Position numbers and translations under genes: made by a program. The notes under the pieces were generated by a model. That model saw nothing but the letters and a program-made list of their open reading frames with translations. It did not search any database and was not told the DNA's origin. From a virus: a DNA stretch of 64,000 nt. The stretch covers positions 3,348 through 67,347 of IMG/VR virus record IMGVR_UViG_3300025276_000032. One strand, written 5' to 3'. This document shows, in pieces, positions 34,758 to 45,804 of this stretch; the stretch's first letter is position 1; each line of letters opens with the position of its first letter.

Positions 34758-36680
34758 TTATGCAGTCAATAATGTTGCTTTGTTGCGTCTGAATATCACC
34801 ATACCGTTTCCTCCATATGAAGAAACGTGGTCAGTCGCTGGTGATGCGGTCAACTGCCCGTCTCTTCCACCGCTACCCCCTCCGCCTGGATATCCACCAT
34901 TTACAGCGGATTGTACAGTACTAGTTGTAATGGTACTATCCAATCCATTTTTACCGACAATGAGTCCATTTGAAAAACTCGATGGTATGTCGGCAGTTAT
35001 AACGGAGTCAATATCTGCAAAATAATATGCGCCGCCACCAGAACCGGAAGAATTGTCTCCCGAACTACCTATTCCGCCATCGCCGCCGCCGTCTATGCCG
35101 CTAAAGCGATTGCTTCGCGCAGATCCGCCAGAACCAGATCGTGATAGTGCGGGATTAGAAGGTATTGTGCCACTCGCAGTTGCCATCCCATTTCCGCCAT
35201 TGTTGCTATATCCAGCAGCACCGCCGCCACCGCCGCCACCGTTGAAGTGCAGCCCACCCAAACCGCCAGTATGTACCCCAGATGCCAAACCAGAAGTTAA
35301 CCACTGAATATTGGTGATTGTGCTGACAGGTTGTGCTGGGTTACCTGCCGTATAGTTATTTCCACCTTTTCCACCAAACGCAGTCAAAACAACATTTCCA
35401 GAAGAAGTTGGTATTGTAATAACAGAATTTGCACCTGTAAAATATGCAGACCCAGTGCCATTATCTTGTCCTTGATATCTTGCAACACCGTAGTATGCAT
35501 TTCCAACTACAATGGTAATATCTCCTGTAATATCAGACACAGGAATTGCTTCAATCCATGCAGAAGAACCGCCGTTTCCTCCTGCACCACCACCATCGCC
35601 ACTATTACCTTGCGCCCCGCCGCCTCCAGCACCAACGGCAAAGAAACTAATAGTGCCACCCGAGCTGGTAAGATCAGTTTGACTCAGTGTGTGTGTTGCA
35701 GGTAAATATAATTTAGAAACAGGAAAGAATCTCAAACTAACAGTAACAATAGCCGGTGTAAATAATACTCCATCTGATGCTTTTGCTCTAAACACAAAAT
35801 CTCCTGCATTTCCTGAGGCTGACGATCCTACTAAAGAAAATACTCCATTTGATTCTGATATAGATGTTAGTTGTGGTGGTAAGCTAGATGCATTATATAA
35901 GGTCGCCCCACTATACGCATCCCAATCATACGTTATTGGAAATCCGCTTTCGTCTATAGCCGCTGTTGTTATTGTAGTCGCTGTCGAACCATCGTTATTT
36001 AAATCATGGGTTGCAGAAGGTGTTGTGGTATATATGGGACCAATTTGTGGTCCCATAGACATTCTCTGCCAAGCGACTCCATCCCACATGTAAGGTGATT
36101 TCGTATCTGTAGCAAAACCTAAATCTCCATCAGTATTGCCAGAACTAGGAAATGCAGCAAGATTTGCATATGAAGTTGCACCACCACCTGGACTAACATC
36201 TGTGCCAGCATCTGTTTCAACTTTAAGTGAACCTCCTGCATCTTTAAGTTTAATACCACCTAAATTTAAAGTGTTTCCAGATAAATATAAGTCTTTCCAT
36301 TTCCTAGTTGTCGAACCAAGATCATATGCGCTATCTGTATCTGGAATAATAGATTGCGATACAGTTCCAGAAAATGAACCATCTGAACCATCTGTGCCAT
36401 CCGTACCATCTGTGCCTGCTGCACCAGTGGAACCTTCTGGACCCGAAACACCTACCCATTGAGCAGACGAACCATCATTATAATAAAAATATAATGCTGC
36501 TTCTGTAGAATTAAACCACATTTGACCTTCCACAGGATTAGCAGGAGGATTGTCACTCGCTATTCCTGCAATGGCGTTGTCTCTCCAAACACCCTTTGCT
36601 GCATTATATATGTATGTGATACCATTAGCAATAACAGTTGCGCCATTGGATGGACTATCTGGGAAATCTACTCTTGCCAT
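34758..36680 (-). CDS. Fibre protein, Gly-rich C-terminus
   Basis: MARVDFPDSPSNG start; shares modules with the 28250, 29559 and 32638 genes. Confidence 0.75.
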   Translation of the reverse strand: MARVDFPDSPSNGATVIANGITYIYNAAKGVWRDNAIAGIASDNPPANPVEGQMWFNSTEAALYFYYNDGSSAQWVGVSGPEGSTGAAGTDGTDGTDGSDGSFSGTVSQSIIPDTDSAYDLGSTTRKWKDLYLSGNTLNLGGIKLKDAGGSLKVETDAGTDVSPGGGATSYANLAAFPSSGNTDGDLGFATDTKSPYMWDGVAWQRMSMGPQIGPIYTTTPSATHDLNNDGSTATTITTAAIDESGFPITYDWDAYSGATLYNASSLPPQLTSISESNGVFSLVGSSASGNAGDFVFRAKASDGVLFTPAIVTVSLRFFPVSKLYLPATHTLSQTDLTSSGGTISFFAVGAGGGGAQGNSGDGGGAGGNGGSSAWIEAIPVSDITGDITIVVGNAYYGVARYQGQDNGTGSAYFTGANSVITIPTSSGNVVLTAFGGKGGNNYTAGNPAQPVSTITNIQWLTSGLASGVHTGGLGGLHFNGGGGGGGAAGYSNNGGNGMATASGTIPSNPALSRSGSGGSARSNRFSGIDGGGDGGIGSSGDNSSGSGGGAYYFADIDSVITADIPSSFSNGLIVGKNGLDSTITTSTVQSAVNGGYPGGGGSGGRDGQLTASPATDHVSSYGGNGMVIFRRNKATLLTA

Positions 36681-36712
36681 ATTTTAACCTTAATTATATT
36701 AGTCGTTTCTAT

Positions 36713-39700
36713 TTATGCTTGGGATTCAGACCATGTTACACGACCAGATGTTGTGAATGGATTGCTTGCGCCAATACCGCCCGTATCAACAACTTGCACA
36801 GCAACAGTAAGAATATCTGGTCCATTGGGGAATGTACCATCTCCACCTAAAATACTGTTACCCATATCAATAATATCTCCCAGATCGAAATTTGAAGCAT
36901 TAGTAAGTTTCTTACCTGCAGCGTCTGTGGCGCCACCCGTTGCTCGGAAAGAAAATACTTCTGTTCCACCGGTAACAGTATCGCCAGATGCATGTTTAAT
37001 AAGCTGAGATAATGAAGGGTTAGCAACATTTGCCCAGACAGGACTACTTACATCACCATTCAAAATTAGTTTAACTTCACAGTCATGCGTCAAAATAAGT
37101 CCTACTTGATTTAGCTGTAGCTGCATCCTGTTAATAATATCTCTTTCGCCTAAATTTCCGCTAAGGTTTGCATCAACAGATGGTGCAAGTCGTAGAGAAA
37201 CGAGTGGAATAATATCAGTACCGAGATTAACATCTGTATCTGAGCCGCCTGCAGCTGGCGCGCCTAGAGATAATGCAGTACCACTTGCTACTGACGGATA
37301 CACGGCTGGTGTGCTTCTAGACCTTGTTATGTAAATATAGTTATAGAAAGTGCCTCCAGAATATTGCGTATAATCAATTTCTTCGCCATTCAATGATTCA
37401 TCAGCAGTATATAATGTCAAACCGCTATAGAATTTAGAAGAATTAGCAGATGAAACAGGAATACGAACCCACCAATCATATGATCGTCTGCTCCAATTAT
37501 ATTGATAGTATAATGATGAACTGCCCGATGTACTTACACTACTCGTTTCACCATTCGTGAATGACAGTGATTTAGATGGCGCAGTAAATAGATATGCTTT
37601 ATCATCGTCAAATGTGCCGTCCATAATAACAGATGTGCCCCAGTGAAATAGTGTTGGAGCATAATCTGGAGAAGCTCCGCTTTCAATTTCATACTTAGCT
37701 GGAATGTTACCAGAGCGCATGTACGCCTCATCAAGTCTGTTGTTGTGTATAAACTGATGGACATATCTAACATGACCATGAGCATCTTTAAATCCAAATC
37801 TAATTTTACCAGCGCCGTACCATGAATAGTCCATATACGCCATTTGAATTTTATTGATATTTAGTACAAAGCCGTCTGAGCCTGTGCCATCACATTTATC
37901 AAGATTCCAATCAGACTGTGCGACTTTAACATCTTCCGTTTTTGTCACGATAGCCCCAGATGTACTCAACCCCTTAAATTGAGGTTGAACATACAATTCA
38001 TTTTTACTCGTAATTTTTGTAATTTTGTATGACTGTCCACGTAATACAATATATTCACCAACTAAAAGTTGTCCTGTGAAGTTTGCTTTATTAGTTCCGA
38101 CAACTTTACCACTATTCTTAACAAGGGTCACTGTTCCACTCAATTGTGTTACAGACGATCTTCTACAGCAATAGAGAATGTTTCCATCAAACTCAAAGAA
38201 AAATCCGTTTTGAAAATCATACATGCCAGCGCGGGTTGCTGCACCGCTGTAGCCATTCATATTATATTTTATGATACCATTAGGAACAGAGGATGTGATA
38301 TTTTTAGTCATACCATATTTAAATGTGAAATCGTCTACAATTTCTGATACACTAGTGTTGCCATTATATGCAGTATCGCTTGAATTTGCCACAGAAATTT
38401 GTGAACCAACTTTAAGTCTGTGTGGATATTTTGTATTTCCTGTAGCTCGATTTGTTGTAAAATCTTCTATTTGAATTGTTCCATACATGCCTTGATGATT
38501 TCCGCATTGATAATATAATGTATCTGGAGCGTCTGCAGGAACAACAAAAGTGACAGTTCCACTTTCTGTTCTTGATCCTGTTACACCCGAGGTATATTCA
38601 CCTACATATGTTCCAGCAACAAAACCAGTATTATCGTCTGTTGTAATATAGAATGGATGTCCAGCAGCATTGACAGTAAACGTGTAAGTACCACTACGAT
38701 AGAGTATTATATCGTCATTAGGAGTACCAGAATCAAATAGATAAGCACCCGTAGAATCGTTTGTGACGACTCTCGTCACTGGACTTGGTGTTAATCCGCT
38801 AATTCCGCTAAGACTTTCGAAAGTTACTGGTGGATTAAAGTTAATAGCAAGTGAAGTTTGAATACCTTTACCGGACTGATACCTGAAGTATTTTCTAGTT
38901 TGACGCATGACTTGCGAATAGGGAGAAGTACCTGCAGCAATCTCAACTCCACCATCAAATGGTCTATGCACAGAAAAACCATCTGGTTTTGTATAAACTT
39001 TTGTTTCTAAGAAGTGTTTTGCCGCAGAATTTGTAAAGTCTACGCTTTGATTTATCGTTAATTTACTATCATCTGATATAGATGTAACATTACGCTCTAC
39101 TAATTCTCCTGGATTGTTTGTGACATCTTTAATATAGATTGTATCGCCAGTTTTGAAATAACGCTTAAAAAGAGTGCCTGCGCCTTTGACAACATTGCTT
39201 CCAGTTTCTACAGCCACAGTACCATCTGCTTCGGCGACACCTAAAATACTAGATGTGGATATTTTATGCACGCCTGTGCCAGCAGTAATTTGGATATAGT
39301 TATCTCTGTTTACTGCATCTGCGGCAGTAGCACAAAGTGCTATCCATTGATCATCAACAGCAACAACGTAATAATTTGTCGAGTCTGTAAGATAAGATAA
39401 TACAGTATTTGAATTGCTGGAGTATGTTATTTCTGTTCCTGTGATTAAACTATGCGTACCAGAACTATTTACTTGAATTAGGTAATCCGAATTAACTGTA
39501 GTGGCATCCAACTCTATAGTTGTACCAAACACTTTTGATGTTGAATTAAATGCAAACGTATCTTCCGTAACAGCAGATGCAGTATATGTGCCGTCAATAA
39601 TACCTAATTCAGCCTTTGTTTGAAATTGAAAATCTTTTGTTCCAGCATCTGTAAGATTTACAGTCACGCCGCCGGATTTCAATGAAATCCTATCACCACT

Positions 39701-42640
39701 AACAATATCTGCAATGTATTCATTGCCGCTAATTAATGATGGATACTGATAATTAGTATCAAAATCTGTTAGCAGATCAGTCATAAATCCAGTATAGTCT
39801 GCAACTACATTAAATTTAGTATCAGATTCACCTAAACTAAATACAAGACCAAATTCAATAATATCTTTCCATCTATATGAAGAACTACCATTCCAGTAAC
39901 CATACCAATATGTGTTATTATTCGTTGATCTAGTCATACCTGCATTAGTTGTATGGATATTCCAGTCAGAAGTATTCATAAAATATCCTCTAATAACGAC
40001 AGTACTATTACAACCACTTCTAGCATGTTTCATAGCAGTTATAGCATATTTGTATGTATTGCCGCCAACCGTAACAGTTTGTTGATTTATGTTATCTGAA
40101 TATGACATAGAACCTGCTGATGGAAGACCTAAACCGTCTCTGAAATATCCATTCCAATATTCACTTGAGGATGTTCTATTAGACTCTCTTGTCCAGAAAT
40201 AGTATGGTAGATTAGCATTTGGTGTCCAATCTGTTGCTACCATTAAGTTTTGTCTATCCGCGACTGTTGTACCACCAAAAATATTATGCGGTCGTGTAGA
40301 TTTTAAGTTTTTCATATAAAAATTAGTATTAGGAGCATTTACTGTTCCTAATGTGCTATAGTAAACGCTATTTGTTGTATAGTGTAAATCGTAATAGGTC
40401 ATACTAGAATTGCCAGACGCAACTCCCGTGTTAAATACTCTTGTGGAATTCTCATTGTTTGCTGTTACCATATTCTGTAATCCAGCAGTGTTTGCTGACA
40501 TCCAAGAAGAGATTTTAGTATTCAAAACGCCCCATGATTGAACATTAGTACCAGAAGATGTAGAGGCGGAATTTGGTATAATTTGACCAGAATTTGTTGT
40601 TGGAAATACGCCGCCATTTATAGCTGTTGGTATAACTGTCGTATTACTATTCAATCCATGTTTAGCTATATGAAAACTATTTGCTGTAGGATTTGTGGTA
40701 ATCCCTGAAACACTATACGAACCTGTTGCTTCGGATAATCTTTTGCCCGATAATTTAAATCTATCCGGGGATATTACATCAACAGTATAATCGCCATCTG
40801 CTATATTGGAAACATTTGTAGTATTCGTTGGTGACGTACTACCAGTATGTTGTTTTAGTAGATTACCAGATGCTGTAGTGATAGAAATAGACCCACCTGT
40901 AGTCAATCCATGAGCGGAAGAATATAAACTATCACCATCAGTGTCCACAACCATAGGACAATAAAATTCCGTATTTGCTGTAGGATAATAGTTATATGTT
41001 CCTCTATAATAATATTTTTGACCTCTTATTTGTCCCGTGCTGGCGTATAAAATAATATAGTTATAATTTCGAGTCGAAAATCTAGTAAAATCTTCAAAAA
41101 TATTATATCTGTTGGGCGTGTTTACGCCACCACTAGTAACAAAATTAAAGTTACCGCTGTATCTTGGCGTATATGCTGTCCCAAGATAATAATGAGGATA
41201 GTACTGACTGCTTTGACTTCGATCAGAAAAACAAACCCATTTAACAGTTTGTCCAGAAGTATGTCCTAGTCCATAACCACCATCAAATACTTGTCTCAAA
41301 TCCCAACCAGAACGATTTCCACCATAATAACTTGCACTTGTATAAACATAAGCATAACTATTTCTGTAAGGAACGTAGACATATCTTGACTCATATGCAA
41401 GATGCAATGAATGTTGACCATAATTTGATGTTCCCGCACTTGAGAAATTTACGACAGAACCATTTTCAGTGTATCTTAACTTTATAGTGTTAGCATTTAT
41501 ATAATAAACTCTATATCTGTTGAATCTGCCTAACCCACCAATAGCAGTATCTCCAACACCGGGCATATAGAATAAAACATCATTATTTTTTAAACCATGT
41601 GCCGTCCAAGTGATTTGGTTATTACCCACATCAACATCTGTGCTACTAAATTTATGAGAATAACGACTCTTCATTTGTTTAGTTTCTGTTTTACTTAAAT
41701 CTGGAGTAATTGTAGTAGTCAAATCGTCTTGGTGATCAACATAAGGTCTGCCGTCCGGTGCGAGAACAGTTGTAGTATCAGTAAGTTTAATACCTTTACC
41801 ACCAACAGTATTCAACATATAGAATTGATTACCAACTGCAAATCCATGAGGGTCTTCAGTAGTTACAGTTATAGTAGAACTTGGATCACCCTCATCTGTA
41901 ACAATACCATTAGATGGATCAAATGGAATTTGAGAACCAGTGTAAAATGTGCCGGGAGTTATAGTCGTGTAAATACTTCCAATTTCACCAGTAGCTGTTT
42001 GAACAGAAGTTGCGGAATATGTGAAAGATTTAGTTGTCGGCGCGGCTGATATTAGAAATTTACCTTCTGCCGTTCTTGACGATAAACCTTGAACGTCAAT
42101 AGGAGTTCCTACGGGCAGAGCGTGATCCTCAGAGCAATATACTGTAATAATTGCAGAGTTGGTTACAGCTTCTACAGTATCAACAATAGTCAATGAAAGA
42201 TCGCCATCTGATGTATAGAAGGATGGGACGTTATTTGCTAATTCTAAAGTTTCCCATTTTGTTGGCTGTAGACCATACTCAAAGTCAGTATCGATTAAGT
42301 TTTCTGGTGTGGACACGCGAATTTTGTGAACAGGGTCAAGCAGAGAATCCGCGACTTCCATTTTCATTTCGCCAGTATCAACAATAATCTGGAGAATATC
42401 AGTATATGACATTGTGCCTAAAGCATTAGTATTTAAAGTTAAGTCTACAGTACTTTTTTCATCAAGATCATTATATGCTATTGTTCCGCCAAGTGTTTCA
42501 TCAGCAAAATTATAAATGATCGTGTTTGTAGTGACATTAGTAATCAGAAAAAAATCTGAAAGTTTGTGATAACCTAGTACTGATACTGTACCTAATACTG
42601 GATCAAATTCATAGTATGAATTAATAACCTTTTTTGCCAT
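36713..42640 (-). CDS. Large virion structural protein (1975 aa)
   Basis: RVSTPENLIDTDFEYGLQPTKWE, RQTRKYFRYQSGKG and DYSWYGAG blocks typical of large marine T4-like structural proteins; internal cupredoxin-like module. Confidence 0.75.
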   Translation of the reverse strand: MAKKVINSYYEFDPVLGTVSVLGYHKLSDFFLITNVTTNTIIYNFADETLGGTIAYNDLDEKSTVDLTLNTNALGTMSYTDILQIIVDTGEMKMEVADSLLDPVHKIRVSTPENLIDTDFEYGLQPTKWETLELANNVPSFYTSDGDLSLTIVDTVEAVTNSAIITVYCSEDHALPVGTPIDVQGLSSRTAEGKFLISAAPTTKSFTYSATSVQTATGEIGSIYTTITPGTFYTGSQIPFDPSNGIVTDEGDPSSTITVTTEDPHGFAVGNQFYMLNTVGGKGIKLTDTTTVLAPDGRPYVDHQDDLTTTITPDLSKTETKQMKSRYSHKFSSTDVDVGNNQITWTAHGLKNNDVLFYMPGVGDTAIGGLGRFNRYRVYYINANTIKLRYTENGSVVNFSSAGTSNYGQHSLHLAYESRYVYVPYRNSYAYVYTSASYYGGNRSGWDLRQVFDGGYGLGHTSGQTVKWVCFSDRSQSSQYYPHYYLGTAYTPRYSGNFNFVTSGGVNTPNRYNIFEDFTRFSTRNYNYIILYASTGQIRGQKYYYRGTYNYYPTANTEFYCPMVVDTDGDSLYSSAHGLTTGGSISITTASGNLLKQHTGSTSPTNTTNVSNIADGDYTVDVISPDRFKLSGKRLSEATGSYSVSGITTNPTANSFHIAKHGLNSNTTVIPTAINGGVFPTTNSGQIIPNSASTSSGTNVQSWGVLNTKISSWMSANTAGLQNMVTANNENSTRVFNTGVASGNSSMTYYDLHYTTNSVYYSTLGTVNAPNTNFYMKNLKSTRPHNIFGGTTVADRQNLMVATDWTPNANLPYYFWTRESNRTSSSEYWNGYFRDGLGLPSAGSMSYSDNINQQTVTVGGNTYKYAITAMKHARSGCNSTVVIRGYFMNTSDWNIHTTNAGMTRSTNNNTYWYGYWNGSSSYRWKDIIEFGLVFSLGESDTKFNVVADYTGFMTDLLTDFDTNYQYPSLISGNEYIADIVSGDRISLKSGGVTVNLTDAGTKDFQFQTKAELGIIDGTYTASAVTEDTFAFNSTSKVFGTTIELDATTVNSDYLIQVNSSGTHSLITGTEITYSSNSNTVLSYLTDSTNYYVVAVDDQWIALCATAADAVNRDNYIQITAGTGVHKISTSSILGVAEADGTVAVETGSNVVKGAGTLFKRYFKTGDTIYIKDVTNNPGELVERNVTSISDDSKLTINQSVDFTNSAAKHFLETKVYTKPDGFSVHRPFDGGVEIAAGTSPYSQVMRQTRKYFRYQSGKGIQTSLAINFNPPVTFESLSGISGLTPSPVTRVVTNDSTGAYLFDSGTPNDDIILYRSGTYTFTVNAAGHPFYITTDDNTGFVAGTYVGEYTSGVTGSRTESGTVTFVVPADAPDTLYYQCGNHQGMYGTIQIEDFTTNRATGNTKYPHRLKVGSQISVANSSDTAYNGNTSVSEIVDDFTFKYGMTKNITSSVPNGIIKYNMNGYSGAATRAGMYDFQNGFFFEFDGNILYCCRRSSVTQLSGTVTLVKNSGKVVGTNKANFTGQLLVGEYIVLRGQSYKITKITSKNELYVQPQFKGLSTSGAIVTKTEDVKVAQSDWNLDKCDGTGSDGFVLNINKIQMAYMDYSWYGAGKIRFGFKDAHGHVRYVHQFIHNNRLDEAYMRSGNIPAKYEIESGASPDYAPTLFHWGTSVIMDGTFDDDKAYLFTAPSKSLSFTNGETSSVSTSGSSSLYYQYNWSRRSYDWWVRIPVSSANSSKFYSGLTLYTADESLNGEEIDYTQYSGGTFYNYIYITRSRSTPAVYPSVASGTALSLGAPAAGGSDTDVNLGTDIIPLVSLRLAPSVDANLSGNLGERDIINRMQLQLNQVGLILTHDCEVKLILNGDVSSPVWANVANPSLSQLIKHASGDTVTGGTEVFSFRATGGATDAAGKKLTNASNFDLGDIIDMGNSILGGDGTFPNGPDILTVAVQVVDTGGIGASNPFTTSGRVTWSESQA

Positions 42641-42662
42641 TTTTATTTAACCCTTTTAAATC

Positions 42663-42935
42663 TTAACTTAATGCTATTGACATAGGAACAGACATATCTT
42701 TAGTAGATATGACCCATACATTTGAAGCATAGAGAAATAGTATGCCAGTGGTAGTATTATACCACAAATCACCCTCGCGGGGTGATGTAGGTGCAGTTGC
42801 TTGCACAGCTGGAGCGCCTGATGTTGATGCAGTTTTAGTCACTGCGCCGCCCGCGCTTCGTTCTGGAATAGCTGTAGAAAAGACTCCTTTTGAACCAAAG
42901 GCTTTTGCTACATAACTTGATTTTGATCTTGCCAT
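42663..42935 (-). CDS. Small virion/fibre-associated protein
   Basis: APTSPREGDLWYNTTTG module; C-terminal MSIALS. Confidence 0.65.
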   Translation of the reverse strand: MARSKSSYVAKAFGSKGVFSTAIPERSAGGAVTKTASTSGAPAVQATAPTSPREGDLWYNTTTGILFLYASNVWVISTKDMSVPMSIALS

Positions 42936-43148
42936 CTATTCCCTCTTATAGTATTCCTTCAAGATAAGATCGCAAATTATCAAACATTCTTTATATCCCT
43001 TTTTAAAGCGATTTTTCACATGACCGTTATCTTTGAACCATTTGATATTATTTATAAGACCTGGAGTTTTAGATTTTGGTATTTCAAAGTTTTCTACATA
43101 AGTTTCATATTGGAAACGTAGATTTAATATTTCCTCGATAGAAGTCAT
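42936..43148 (-). CDS. Hypothetical protein
   Basis: 70-aa ORF. Confidence 0.65.
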   Translation of the reverse strand: MTSIEEILNLRFQYETYVENFEIPKSKTPGLINNIKWFKDNGHVKNRFKKGYKECLIICDLILKEYYKRE

Positions 43149-43750
43149 GCGATTGCCTCATACAAATCTTTCCATGTATCATATCTAGGGACGCCACCGT
43201 TCCAGAATGGATCTTCATTAAATGCATGTGAAATTAAAACTGAATCTAGCCCTTGGTTTATTCCAGCAACAGCATTTTCAGATTTATCTTCGACCCATAA
43301 GAGTCCACTGTCTTTATATTTACTAAGCGCCTCATCTTTATCAGCGCCAATATCTAAGAATACAAATAATTCAAATGCAGTTTCTCCGAACAATCTTTTT
43401 GTATTTTCAATACGCAATTTCTGAGAGAATGGATTTAATGATAGTGAAGTAATCATATGAAAAACGTAACCATGTTCTTCATGTAATTTTTTAACATATT
43501 TCATTGCATCACGCAATGGAGGCAAATAACCAACTCTTGAAGATTCATTGAAGAATTTTATAAGCCTACATTTTTCACTTTCGTTAATGTTGTATTTTGC
43601 AGCCATGTCGTATGAGTGTTCAAATTCTGAATTTACTACATATCCATTATCAATCATCCATTCGCTGAAACAGCGTTCCCAGTCCATGAGAACGCCGTCG
43701 CAGTCAGTTAGAATCACCTTCTTCATCTTATCTCTTTCAATTTGTTTCAT
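43145..43750 (-). CDS. HAD-family hydrolase (T4 gp30.2-like)
   Basis: ILTDCDGVLMDW, ITS, WVEDK. Confidence 0.8.
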   Translation of the reverse strand: MKQIERDKMKKVILTDCDGVLMDWERCFSEWMIDNGYVVNSEFEHSYDMAAKYNINESEKCRLIKFFNESSRVGYLPPLRDAMKYVKKLHEEHGYVFHMITSLSLNPFSQKLRIENTKRLFGETAFELFVFLDIGADKDEALSKYKDSGLLWVEDKSENAVAGINQGLDSVLISHAFNEDPFWNGGVPRYDTWKDLYEAIA

Positions 43751-43756
43751 ACTAAA

Positions 43757-43785
43757 GTTATAACATAATAATATTTATTTGTCAA
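43757..43785 (-). promoter_or_regulatory. sigma70-type promoter (no GANTC tag)
   Basis: TTGACA-N17-TATAAC with extended TG. Confidence 0.55.
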
Positions 43786-43976
43786 CCATTATTTACGTCT
43801 TTATCGGTATAATCGCCCTCTACATCATAAAAAGCATGATCTATGTGATGACCCTTTAATCTTAAACTAGTTCCACTTTCTTCAACATCCCTAATTCTAA
43901 AATCTTTATTCAATGATTGTGCCTTGTGCTTGTCGCGTTTTTTATTTCGTGGATCGTACCGACTGAATTTAGCCAT
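43782..43976 (-). CDS. Hypothetical basic protein
   Basis: 64-aa ORF, GAGG SD. Confidence 0.65.
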   Translation of the reverse strand: MAKFSRYDPRNKKRDKHKAQSLNKDFRIRDVEESGTSLRLKGHHIDHAFYDVEGDYTDKDVNNG

Positions 43977-43998
43977 CTTAAATCATTCTACCTCTTTG

Positions 43999-44838
43999 TT
44001 ATGCGAAAATTTTGCTAAGTGTTTGTGGTCCTGCAATGCCGTCAGGCGTACAGTCATTTTCTAATTGCCAAGCCTTGAGTGCTGCCTCTGTGCCGCGTCC
44101 AAAATCACCATCAGCGTCAAGACCCAGTGCTTCCTGGAGTTTGGCTACTGTGTCGCCCTTAGACCCTCTACGGACAAGTTTCAATTCTACATCGTCATTG
44201 TCATCGTCAAAATCGACATGACCACCAAGCACCGCTAGAGCGTGGGCATAATGCTTTTTACGATCAGCAAGACCAATAGTACCGCCGTTAATGCGCTTTG
44301 TCATCCTCACAATATCGTCAGAATCACAATACTTATTAATATTATTTGTTTTCCAGAACCAACATGCACTTTCAATAGCACCCTCTGGAGTGCGTACATA
44401 ATTTGTTGCCTCTTCAGCAGACATTCCAACAGTCTTACCAAATTCTGTGTAGTTATAGCGACCTGTTAGCTGTAGAATGCCGCCACCTCTGAATGTCCAA
44501 CCATCGCCAGATGCAGTATCTCCGTTGTCCATACGACCCGCATAGATACGGTTAGCAATCTTTTCTGGTTGTCTATGATATTTTTCCGCGTCAACTCCAG
44601 CTCGGTGAAAATACTTACCAAAAATAGCATTAAGTGCTTTTGCGCTATAGTTCAAATTTTCTGTAATAGTTTTGTAGCTTGCACTTTCATGTGCAGTCTG
44701 AGCGATAAAGCCAGCAACACGATTTGGTGTAGTAATTTCATATTTTGGAAACATTTCTACCATGGCGTTGTACCAGTCAGATACATCGTCCTTATGCAAA
44801 ATCGTTGCGACTTGATCTTCTGTAAAATCAAAATCCAT
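43999..44838 (-). CDS. GH19-family endolysin with C-terminal peptidoglycan-binding domain
   Basis: FIAQTAHES, ENLNYS, FRGGGILQLTGRYNY, TKRINGG; DGDFGRGT...DGIAGPQT; start corrected to ATG 44838. Confidence 0.88.
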   Translation of the reverse strand: MDFDFTEDQVATILHKDDVSDWYNAMVEMFPKYEITTPNRVAGFIAQTAHESASYKTITENLNYSAKALNAIFGKYFHRAGVDAEKYHRQPEKIANRIYAGRMDNGDTASGDGWTFRGGGILQLTGRYNYTEFGKTVGMSAEEATNYVRTPEGAIESACWFWKTNNINKYCDSDDIVRMTKRINGGTIGLADRKKHYAHALAVLGGHVDFDDDNDDVELKLVRRGSKGDTVAKLQEALGLDADGDFGRGTEAALKAWQLENDCTPDGIAGPQTLSKIFA

Positions 44839-45076
44839 CTTGTCCGAACTCCCTTGTGTTTTGTACTTCAGCGGCAAAAGAATCGTAACCGCCAATATGT
44901 TTTCCGTGCCAAAAAATCTGCGGCACCGTTTTAAAATTTCCAACTCTTTCAAGCAATGTCTGATATATATCTAAATCAGAAGCATCTTTATACACATAAT
45001 CTAAATTATATTTTTCAGCAAGCTCCTTAGCTTGATCACAAAAACCACATCTACTAGTTCCGTATATTTCTATCAT
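44828..45076 (-). CDS. nrdC: Glutaredoxin
   Basis: CGFC, TVPQIF, IGGY. Confidence 0.88.
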   Translation of the reverse strand: MIEIYGTSRCGFCDQAKELAEKYNLDYVYKDASDLDIYQTLLERVGNFKTVPQIFWHGKHIGGYDSFAAEVQNTREFGQDGF

Positions 45077-45803
45077 GTTTTCCTCTTTGAATTTCTAATG
45101 GTCTAAATGTGCTATTGCCAGCGTTCTCTAACATTTCTTTTGTCATTATATAGTCACGCACTAAGTCGCTCCTCACAATATCTTCCCAACCAAAATTAAT
45201 AATTCTAAAAAATCTCATCTGTTCAATAATCTGCATAAATTTAATGATACCGTCACTTTCGTCCTTAAATTTAAAATCTGTCTGTTTATGATCTCCGCAG
45301 AAAATTAGCCGACAATCTTTACCAATTCTAGTAATCACAGAATCTAGTTCGTGGAAGTTTAGGTTTTGCATTTCATCTACGACAACAATTGCTTGGTCAA
45401 AAGTACAACCTCTAAGAAATGATGTTGTTTCGAATTGAATCTTATTTGCAGTTTTCATCTTATTATATGCGCCCTCAAAGCCGAATAGTTCTGAGCATAC
45501 AAGACGATACGGCGCCTCATAAGACGCTTCTTTTTCTTCTTTAGTGCCTGGCAAAAAGCCTTGGTCTCTTGTCGTTACGGCAGAGCGCAAAACAATAATC
45601 TTCCTATAGATATCAGGATCATTCAACATTGCTTCTAATGCAAGATATAATGCGATAAAAGTTTTACCTGTGCCTGCGCTGCCTGACATAACTAAATTTG
45701 CCTCGTCATCCCAATAGTCGAAAGCCAATTTCTGATTTTCAGTAATAGGCTCAATTTCCATTAGTTCTTCTATATTCACAGTAAGAGAATTATTTTTCTT
45801 CAT
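45054..45803 (-). CDS. phoH: PhoH-family ATPase
   Basis: GSAGTGKT, GFLPG, RG.TF, DEMQN, GD..Q.D, IVRS. Confidence 0.93.
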   Translation of the reverse strand: MKKNNSLTVNIEELMEIEPITENQKLAFDYWDDEANLVMSGSAGTGKTFIALYLALEAMLNDPDIYRKIIVLRSAVTTRDQGFLPGTKEEKEASYEAPYRLVCSELFGFEGAYNKMKTANKIQFETTSFLRGCTFDQAIVVVDEMQNLNFHELDSVITRIGKDCRLIFCGDHKQTDFKFKDESDGIIKFMQIIEQMRFFRIINFGWEDIVRSDLVRDYIMTKEMLENAGNSTFRPLEIQRGKHDRNIRN

Positions 45804-45804
45804 T

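Noticed and set aside
26560-42640. Diversity-generating retroelement or invertase shufflon acting on fibre genes
   Set aside because: No reverse transcriptase or recombinase in the window, all genes are co-oriented, and differences between repeats are not adenine-specific.
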